64,000 nucleotides of DNA from Lama guanicoe (lineage: Eukaryota), in the NCBI GenBank assembly GCA_013239625.1, contig MU055783.1, forward strand, positions 14,543,202 to 14,607,201, read 5' to 3'. Made by a program: the position numbers and the translations under genes. Below are positions 53,911 to 64,000 of the stretch, one piece after another. The first letter of the stretch is position 1. Every line of letters starts with the position of its first letter. The notes under the pieces are model-generated. The model did no database searches. It saw only the letters and a list, made by a program, of their open reading frames with translations, and had not been told where the DNA came from.

Positions 53911-56900
53911 CTCTGTAAGTTTTAGAACCTTGAGCAAATCAGCTCAGCTCTCTGCACCTCAGTTTTTTCATCTGTTAAATGGGAATATGAGTTTCAATCC
54001 GTCTAACTTTATAGGGATGTTGTGAAGCTCTAATAATGGCTCTTTCAAGACTCTACAGACAATATATTTTAATTTTTTCTAATCTGTCAAATTTTGCAGA
54101 GTACATTCACACATCCTCAATACGCTTCACAATAACTTTGTGAGGCAGGGTTAATAATGATCCCCGTTTATCTGAGGAGGACTGGGGCTCAGAGAGGTGC
54201 CTAGTGCTGACTTGCCTGATGCCTCCACCTCCACCTCAACCTGCCCCCTTAAAGGCTTCCTGGCGTTATTTGGCCTCTGAGCCTTGTCCTCTCACTACCA
54301 TTTAAATAATAGTAATATAACATCATCTTCATCATCATCATCATAATACAGACAGGAGTCTGGAGGTGAAAGAGAACATGCTCAAGGCAGCATCATGAAT
54401 TACTCTGTCTCCAGAAATTTACAAGATGCCTAACAATGCCCCCTTCAGTTGATTAAGAATAATGGGCCGAGATCTTCTTGATTTTAGTGGTCCTGACAGC
54501 TCAGCTTGCAAAGCCTCAAAAGGAGAGAGAAGGTGGGATGGGCTGATGGGGAAAGACTTTCAGAAAATCCCCAAGCAAAAACAGACAAAAAAACCCCAAA
54601 AGACAAAAAAAAAAAAACCCACAAACAAACAAACAGGTTTCCTGAGGCTGGCGATGGGATGGAAGCACAATTTTAAACATATCCTGCCTTCTGTTGGCTG
54701 GGGCTCCCTAGCAGCTCGGTCAGTCGGATTGGCTGGCACCATCCTTCAACTGGAAGTCAGTGACAGCAATGACAATAGCTACTGCTGGGAGGGGACAAAA
54801 TGTGAACTCAAGCTAAAAATACTGGGCCCCAGCATGCTCAAGCTCTGATTTCTTTGGGCAGTTGGTCAACTCCCAGCTCTCATCATGAAAACCCACGGAA
54901 AGAGGCAGCACCAGTCATGGAATATATGGCCCCTGGCAAATAAAGCATCTAATTACTAAATAACCCCTGTAGGTGTCAACCACTTCATTCCCAGAGGAGA
55001 TCAGATAAGCAGGTGGTTTGGCTCACAGCAACCACAGTGGTCACGTAGGCATTTCAGCTCCCCGTCTAACTCTGTCTGTTCGGAAGTGAACTCTGAAATT
55101 GCCGGCTGCCAAAACATATTCCAAAAGTCATGTGTCTTTCATATTTTTTTTAAAGTAGATCTTTAAACAAAACAAAACAAAAAAAAGGCACTGGTTTCCT
55201 ACATAAGAAATGTTTGAAGTTGGAAGCNNNNNNNNNNNNNNNNNNNNNNNNNNNNNNNNNNNNNNNNNNNNNNNNNNNNNNNNNNNNNNNNNNNNNNNNN
55301 NNNNNNNNNNNNNNNNNNNNNNNNNNNNNNNNNNNNNNNNNNNNNNNNNNNNNNNNNNNNNNNNNNNNNNNNNNNNNNNNNNNNNNNNNNNNNNNNNNNN
55401 NNNNNNNNNNNNNNNNNNNNNNGCTATTATCTGGACCAGAACTCCCCCACTCTTCAAATGCATGTGTAACTCAAGTACATTTTCATCTTTAAGTATGTTT
55501 ACTATGTTTAGCAGGACAAGGTAGAAAACTTCTTGTCACCACTGAAATAGAACTATTGAATCTGATTAAGATTGGAGTTACCCCTGCCAGATGGTTGCTG
55601 GCTGGCAAATAGCATGTTGGTGGAAGAAAAGTGTTTCCCCATGGGATGAAGAAAAAAAATGCCAAATAAGAAAAAGGCAGATGTAACTGGCATCTGTGAT
55701 CAGTTCAAGACATTTCCAGCATTTGCTGCAATAGCTCTGCCCTACACCAACAGAAAGGCCTCTGTGCGTTTACCTCTACCTGATAACCAAGGGTTGTGTG
55801 CAGAGGCTGCAGCCAAACTTCGCTGCCACCTTTTTCCTGTGTTCTTCCCTCCAAGGCGCCATGGAGGCTGCCTGTTCAGAAATTTCTGCCCAGCAGGCCA
55901 TGGTGAATAATTATTTTACAGTCAATCTCTTGGTATTGTAATGTCTCTCAAGCTCACCAGTTAACCAAAGAAAAAACCCACTGGGGATTCAACTTCTATT
56001 AATAAACACTTGGTCAGCACAAAAGTTGCAGGAATATTTGAAACTAGATTTTTCCCCCTCCCTGGAGACAAGTCCAAGTCAAGATTTTCTTTGGCTTTGG
56101 TAACACTGCCCACCACCTTGGAAACCACTTCAGACTTTATGCCTTCATCCTTACCTACATGGGAAATATCAGTAGTGTCTTAAGTGAAACTTGTACACCA
56201 TGTAAAGTGTACCTAAATGCACATGCAAGAAAAGGCATTATTAATCATGATTTTATGTGTCTGGGTGAGAGCAGTCCTCTGATTTGTCTACATTGAAAGC
56301 CAACCTAAATGGTAGACTCTGCACTTTTCACTGACCAGATTCCCCAGAAGCTTCATGGTTGCAGAGGAAATTTCTCTCACAAGAAAGACAATCTACTGGT
56401 AACAGGCTCCACGGTCAATGTCACCACTGGCAAATCATCAACATTTGATTAAAATACTCAAGTCAGAGTTACTGCTTCCCAACTGGAGTAGTTTGACCTG
56501 CTACAGTGAGAGGTGGGGCATATGTATTATCATTTAAATTGGTAGCACAGTTGCTAAAAATGGACATGCAAACCTAATAAAAGAGCAAAAAGAAAAGGAA
56601 ACTAGAACATCTAAAAAAAACAGTGCATATGGGAATATTTTTCAAACACGGTGCACAGAATTCCTTTTCAAAGTAGCTGTGAGAATTAACCCATGAAATG
56701 GGCACGGGCAGGGATTGGGGGCTCCAAGGTCAGCAAGCAGCATGGGGAGAGGAAACTTGTGGAAGAGGACTCAAGGGAAGTGAGCACGGAAGGCTCAGCT
56801 AGCTGCCTGTTCTAGGTCAAAATCAAGGGAAAACTGTTTAGTGACAGTGGACTTCACTACTCTGTCCCCTTAGGGGAGCACAGGGTCCAACCCTTCCTGG

Positions 56901-57279
56901 GACCGTCTCTGAGCACGCACCAACCAGAAAGCAGTTGCTTGCCTGGGTCTGGATGGATGGGGAGAAAGGTCTCTGCCCTCGTTTCTTCACCCCAGTAGTT
57001 CACGCCTACTGAGTGGTAAAGGCAAAGTTAGAGGAGTTTGGAGTTTGAAAGACAGCTGCTCTGTCAGTTAAGACCGGGAGAAAGCTTAAGTTGGCTCCTA
57101 CAGTCCTCATTGGTGAAAATATTACGTCCAATCTACTGAGCGATTTCAATTGAAAATTACGGGTAAAACTATTGGATAATGGGGTTTCTTGCGCACATGT
57201 GGGGGATAAAGACGTTCCTCTAGTAAGACCTAGGGCAGATGCTACCTTTGGAAAGAAAATGGCACTTAACCATCAGGAG

Positions 57280-57860
57280 AGGCAGCAGGGTGCAGAGGCA
57301 CGGAGGATGGATTCTGGAGCCTCACTACCTGAATGTGAACACCCTCTCTGTCCCTGACTCTGTCACACTGGGCAAATTCACCTCCAAGTGCCTCAGTTTC
57401 CTCCTCCGTAAAATGGGGGTGATAGCCTGTTGCTTATCTTCAAGAGTTTCAGATTAAATGTACATTAAGTAAGTTAATACTTGTAAGGTGCTTAGAATGG
57501 TTTCTGGTGGTAGTAAGTTTAAATAAGCATTCACTCTTATTATTTATTAGCAAAAGCGCTGGCACAGACTGTATAAGGGGAGTATCCCAGGTGGAGGACA
57601 CTGAGTGGCCTGGAACTCCTCAGCAATTCAGAGCATATATGAGCTTTGACGGCAGAGAGAAGGAAAATCAAATCCTGGTTCTGATTCTCACTTGCTGTGT
57701 GACTTGAGCAGGTTACTTGGAGTCTCTTGAACCTATCTCCTCTTCAGGAGAGGGGCTTACCTCTTTGAGTACCTACCTCATAGGTAATTAGAAGAATGAA
57801 ATGAGTGAACTGAGTGAAGCATGCAGCACATAGTCATATGCAATAAATCCTACTTATTAC
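57280..57860 (+). mobile_element. Two tandem MIR SINEs in intron 3
   Basis: gcctcagtttcctcctccgtaaaatgggggtgata; gctgtgtgacttgagcaggttactt; gtacctacctcatagg. Confidence 0.75.
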
Positions 57861-58516
57861 ATAATAGGGGCCCATGCATTCACCCAGCCATGATCACTGG
57901 GTTCTACAAAGGCCAAAATCTGGTTCCAGAATTCTTACTGGCCTTTAGACAAAACTCTACCCACATATAATATGCGGGAGGTAGAAAGGATGGAGAAAAT
58001 CATCTCCTATCACTTTCCATGAGTTGATTGGGGGCATGTTCTATTTACTGCTCATCACATCTGTGTACAGCTGGAACTTTTCAGATCTGTTACCTGAGAG
58101 GGAGGAGAGAATAACTTTAAAGCTCTCTCCTAATGGGAAAGAGAATTTTGAGAATTTCCTCAAAGCAAATTCATACTACACACTGCTTACTTAATGTCAG
58201 TTCATGTACCATTATCTTTATGTCCTTTATGTCATATGGGAAGGGAGACTAAGTCCAAGATGGGGGGAAAAGAAACTTTGGGAGGGCAGGGGAAAGAAAC
58301 TGGGCAGGCTGCCTTAGGGGGTTAAGTGCAACAAGGCAAACAAAATACAAGCAAGCTTTTCCCAGGAGGTCCCAATTTTAGAAAGAAAAAGTAATGGAGC
58401 CAGGGACCAGCAGAAGCACTGCTGAATATCTAAAATCCAAAAGGTTAGCCATTAAGTGATTAAAGTTTAGTCTATTTCCCATGTTTTTCAAACACACTGT
58501 TCACAAAAGCATTTAC

Positions 58517-58554
58517 ATACCCTTTAAAACTTTAAAAATACCCTTTAAAACTTT
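58517..58554 (+). repeat. Short direct repeat (17 bp, period 21)
   Basis: ataccctttaaaacttt occurs twice. Confidence 0.85.
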
Positions 58555-61062
58555 TTTTAGAAGTAGGGAAGAAGGAAATGACATAACAGTAGTACTGTTG
58601 ATGCATAAACCCAATTTTAAAACATCCCCACACTGCAAGTGAAGTACCTGATTTTTGGAAAGTGATTAGAAATATTGTGAATTTAGGGTGGATGGAGCTT
58701 CAAAGACTCAGTAGGTACAGACTTCAAGGGAGCAAACTGTTTCCTACAGGGGTCACAAATCCTTTTTTAGGAGATGTTATTGCTTGGAAATTTTTCCGCA
58801 ACAAGACAAAATGAAATTTTTATGACTTTCATATAAAAATGAGCAAAAAAGCTCCAATTATGCAGAAAGAAGGGATAAGCAAATATTTCTGAAAGATGAA
58901 CCTGACAAAACTGCTTTGTACAGTGACCAGTTAGAAGCTGAATTAGAAAAAATGTGGAATTTTAATGTATAAGCTGCAATCTAAGTGACTTTTCCTACTT
59001 CCATAGCAACCACAAATTCAGCTCTAAGTCAAAATCTACCACAGAGACTCGCTTTGGAGAACTGCTATTAAACCAGCAGTTGTGATCATTTTATCTCCAA
59101 CTCCTTTTCTTTCTAGCTTGCTCAGTCCCTCTGATGGGCCCCTTCTTAGGGATCCACAGGGTGGATCTAGGCTTGGAAGAGGGGGGAGTAGGAAAAGTGT
59201 GTAGCTATGTCAGGACTGAGCCAGACTCCAAAGCCTCCCAGACCTCAACCTCCAAGGAGGTATCCTAACCCATCTAAACAGTACCCACTCTGACATCAAG
59301 GTCTTCCTCTCTGCTTGAGGGGCGGCATCGACCAAGAGCCAAGGAGGAAGGACTGGGCCAAGGTCATCCCACTGGGAACCATTCCAGCTGCACCCCCAAT
59401 ATCTACCAGAATAAGAGAGATGCCACTCTGGTAATGGGCAGAAGCAGCTCTTCAAAAGGAGAGGCAATGATCCCGTCATGGCAGTTTTGCTTGGAGAGGG
59501 GGTTCACAACAGATATTTCGGATTCTACACCCATTCCAATGAGCTGACCCACCGAGGGGAGGTGCAGAGATGGTGAGCTTGGGACAGATTACAGGGCCTG
59601 TGGTGCCAAAGAACAGAACTGGGTTCTAGCTAGGAAGAGAGAAGAGGATCGGGGGGTATGCCCATTCTACCTCTATCTGGGCAAATTGCTTGCATTTGTT
59701 TTTGGCTCCCTCCCTCTAAAATTTAAAAAAAATATCTACGGGGAGGAAAATAAAGGTGATCTTGAATCCAAGATCAGACTAGATATGCCAAATTTCCCGA
59801 TCAAAAGAAAAGGTTTCCAAAGTCTGTGTGCCACAGGCTACAGAAGTAGGACTGGACCCTGTCCTGCCCTGGGATAGGAGTATCAGACGAGTTCTAGGCT
59901 CAGTTTCATAAACACGCCAGGACAGTGGGATGAGCCTCTGAGGTCTGGGGAGCGAAGTCTCCTTCCCCTCCTCCACCTGTGGGACTGGATGTCCCCCAGG
60001 CGCGGCCATTCCTTCCACCCAATCTCCCAGGGCAGGCGCTTTTCCTTCCTTTATTACCTCACTACCTCCTTCCCTTGACGTCAGCCTCAGGTCCTCGAAC
60101 CGAGGGGAGGGAGGATGGAGATGAGTTTGGGGGCAGTCGGTATCAGGATCCCCCAGCACCGGGTGGGGTAGGGGTGGAATATGAGGTAATGCGCGCCCAA
60201 TCCCGGGCCTCAAAGGCTGCGAACGGCCACTTCCCTCCCCCCGCCCCACCTTCCCGCCCGGCTCCGGCCGGTGTAGTTACTAGGCAACCCTATCGGCGAC
60301 GCGGGATGCCGGCCAAGTTCACCCAAAGTTGAAGAATAAATTTGGGGGAGAGATGGTGGAGGGTGGAGCAAGAGCCGAGCGAAGGCACGAGCGACAGGAA
60401 AAGAGCTTGGGAGGAAAAAGAAGCTGATCTTCCGCCTCCCAGGAGCAGGAAGAAGGGCGGGTGCGGGCTGGAGCTGTATCCTCTCAGTACCGCTGCCACC
60501 GACTACAGTACCGCTCATAGTCCAGGGTAGCTGGGTGCTAAGAAAGATGTCCACAAAGCGCTGCCGCAGCCCAAGACTCTGGGGGACAGAGGTGTGGAGA
60601 AGGCGGTGGCCCGAGTGTACGCGCCTTCGACTTAGTCCCAGAGAAGGCTGGCGGGTGTGGCCAGTGCGCGAGGAAGGATTTGAGGAGTGAGAAGAATCGA
60701 ATGGGAGTAGACCCCGTGTTTAATCTTTAATCAGAGGAAGCTAAAGTCCTCCCAGCAAAGACCCCTCAAAAAAAAAAAATTCCTTAAAGCGCCTCTCTTC
60801 TTCAGCTCCAAAAAGTAATCGCCTTAATTTATATTCAAAATAAAAACACCAAGAGGCAAGGAAACCTACTTCTTTTAAGTAGGAGCCAAGAGATCGGTTT
60901 TAATTTGCATTAAGGAGCCGACTGGGCTAAAGGCGTCTTTGCCTAAGAAACCCTGCACGTCTGCACTCAGGGCTGCCCCGCGTCGGACGTTCCCGCGCCC
61001 GCCGGCTCGAGCGCCCCCTCCCGGGTAGCGGGGACCCAGACGTGGCGCCAAGGGCCTTCCTA

Positions 61063-61350
<288 letters not shown>

Positions 61351-61489
61351 TCACTTCACATTCTTAGTATAGAACACTGAGAAGGCTCTCTGGACTTTTT
61401 ATATAGCCTCGGTTGAGTGAAGCTGTCTCTAACATGCTTGAGGTGAGGGGAAACTTTTCTTTTGAGTGAGATTTAGCTAATTATTTCTA

Positions 61490-61930
<441 letters not shown>

Positions 61931-63466
61931 TTATTTACGCCCTTGTCTTTCATGGTGTCTGCTGCTTCTACACCGAACCTCCCGCAAGTATGAAGACCGC
62001 CAACCGCTCTGCGGAGAAAGTTGTCCTTCCCCCAAAACGAAACACCGCGCCTCTCGCGCAGGGGCAGCGCAAGCCACCGAAATGAATCTGCTTAGATGAC
62101 CCCGCGCTGACTCGGAGCTGTAAATCAGAGAGGCCCGCGCACCAACTTTCATTAATTACTCAGAGCCAGTTTAACGGCGTGGGCTTTAAACGGGGAAAGT
62201 AATTACGGAGTAATGTTATCTGTCTGAGGCTGCGCGACCTGACACCACTGACACCCAAGGCTCTCGGGAAAGTTGGTGAAGGGAAAAAGAAAGGGCCCTT
62301 CCAGTTGGACCCGCGGGCCTTGACCCCCCTTGGACTCACCTCACTCCCAGCGGGTCCAACTCTGACCACTACTATGGGGGTTGACTTCCTCAAAGCCCCA
62401 GTCAGGGAAGCCTGTTTGCTTCATTGAGCCTGAGACCGTACCTCCCTTTTCCTCCATCAGGTTTGCACGGGCCCCCTGCCTCAGTTTCCCTGGCGAGAAA
62501 CCGATGGCCATGTGGCCCGTGTTCTTCCCCAGCTCTCCCAAAGTGAGAAAAAAACGTGGAGTCTCAGTTGAAAAATGTAGTTTCCTAAAATTATTGTCAT
62601 TAATGCTTTAAACATTTACTCTACCAGCTCCTGGAAACTGTAGCTGCCTGGCAGGGTAGGGGACGCATCCTCCAGCTAACATAAAAATCAGTTCTGAGCC
62701 GTGAACCCAATGGTGGGGTCCCATCCTATGCGCAGGCTTGGTAGTCTCTGGCTCTAGCCTGAATGAGATTGGTCCAGATACTCATCCGCTGGCTGCAGGG
62801 CCTCTGGGCAGGACCCAGTCCCTTCCTTGCCCCACCCCTGGTCACTGTGCTGAGTTTCCAAACCCCACTCAATTCTCCGGAGTTGAGTGAGTCAAACAGC
62901 CCCATTTCCCCACTCTTGCTTTAGGCAAAATCAAGGCTCTACAAGTGTCCCAAAGACAAGACTTCGACTGGACAGATAAAGGTGGCCATTACCCACATCT
63001 TCCAAACACCCACCCCCCAAAACAAAAACAAAACCAAGCTTCTACAGTCCACTCCAGGGATTGTGGTGTGTCAGAGGGGGAGGGAGGGTTGGGAAAGGTC
63101 TTAATAACCGGATAGTACGGGGCAGGCCAAGTATCACATACCAATTGGCGCCACAGGGTGACAACTGAAGAAGCCACCAGCTTTTATAATTTGCATGACC
63201 CCAGTGGCCTCCATTTCTCACCTGCTAAGTGGGCAAAGAGAACACCCCACCCCAAACCGGTTAGCTGTCAGGAGTGGGTGAGCACGCTTGCCCTTCCAGG
63301 CACTTTCTTCTGGGAGCGGAGACCAGGCTATGTTTGAGGCCTACCAATAGCTGACAAACGAAATTTGGCTCCGAGCACCAGGTTTGCAGAGGAAAGGCCG
63401 AATTTTGAAAGAACAGTTTTTAAAAAGGAGAAACAGAAGCGACAAAGAAGTTGTCTCTACACGAAC

Positions 63467-63476
63467 CCTTCTCCAT
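63467..63476 (-). CDS. WT1: WT1 alternative first exon 1a (AWT1/short isoform), coding part M-E-K-(G); 5'UTR extends towards higher coordinates
   Basis: Minus strand reads CAGGG ATG GAG AAG G|GTTCGT: strong Kozak context (G-3, G+4), in-frame TAA six codons upstream (63495-63497), GT donor at 63466. Phase 1 joins exon 2 to give [12 protein letters not shown], the N-terminus I recall for human AWT1. It lies 1735 nt upstream of exon 2 in a CpG island. Confidence 0.75.
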
Positions 63477-64000
63477 CCCTGAGCCGTTGAGAAGTTAGTG
63501 GCTCGGGCACCGTGCTGTCCTCGGAAGCGGGCTCCGCAAACGCCCGTGCGCGGCAAGGGCCACGGGTTGCGGGCTGCAGCTCCTGCGCAGGCGGCGTCGC
63601 CTGAGCGCCTGGAGGCTACCAAGGCCCCTTCCCAATACAGGACCTGCAGACCGCGATGGGCAGGAGCCAGCCTGCAACCCCCTCCCTGAGGTGCCCCGGG
63701 GCGGGGGTGCTGCGGTGCAAGCGCCCTCAGAGAAGGGAGGGCTCTTTAAAGTAGGAGCTTATCCGACATCGGACGCGGGACAGATTAGAGCGCGCTGTCC
63801 CGGAGCCTCGCGCTGGGCCAGGAGCAGAGAGCGCGGGGGCGGGACAGCTGCTTGAAGAAAGGGACTGCGCGTTCAAAGGCTCCTTGTGCAGGCCTTAGAG
63901 GGAGAGGCTCTGAGCCGCCAAGGTAGAGCCTTTCCCACGGTTAGTCTCGACCCGGGAAGGGAGTGCAACCTTGACCGCGCAGAGAGGGGAGACACGGTCT
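63477..64000 (-). promoter_or_regulatory. Intron 1 CpG island; candidate AWT1 5'UTR and promoter
   Basis: Very CpG-rich, contains a GC box (ggggcgggg near 63697), directly upstream of the MEKG start. Confidence 0.6.

Noticed and set aside
53915-54210. Inverted MIR pair as a possible dsRNA or editing substrate
   Set aside because: Copies are old and too diverged for a stable long duplex

Overview
Mammalian genomic DNA, most likely a camelid judging by two Vic-1-like tRNA-derived SINEs and a camelid-type L1 3' end. It carries most of the Wilms tumour 1 gene (WT1) on the minus strand. Exons 2-8 and 10 are readable, with GT-AG sites and the exon lengths I recall for human (123, 103, 78, 51, 97, 151, 90 and 122 coding nt). 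Exon 9 (zinc finger 3 plus the +/-KTS alternative donors) is not visible and is predicted to lie inside the 172-nt N gap at 25673-25844. The 3'UTR ends near 21922 after an ATTAAA signal. Canonical exon 1 is beyond the right edge, but an intact AWT1-type alternative first exon (ATG GAG AAG G|GTTCGT, MEKG) is present at 63467-63476 inside a CpG island. Bases 1-21900 are repeat-rich intergenic DNA (L1, L2, MIR, MLT1, an LTR41-like solo LTR) with a few candidate enhancer and CTCF islands. I found no convincing new biological system. The best leads are regulatory and isoform-level: the AWT1 exon, an extended-exon-4 truncating donor, haematopoietic motif clusters, a perfect DR2 and a transposon-borne CTCF site. 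Apart from the WT1 exon segments, the ORF track looks like noise. Comparisons with human sequence and repeat consensi are from memory and should be verified.
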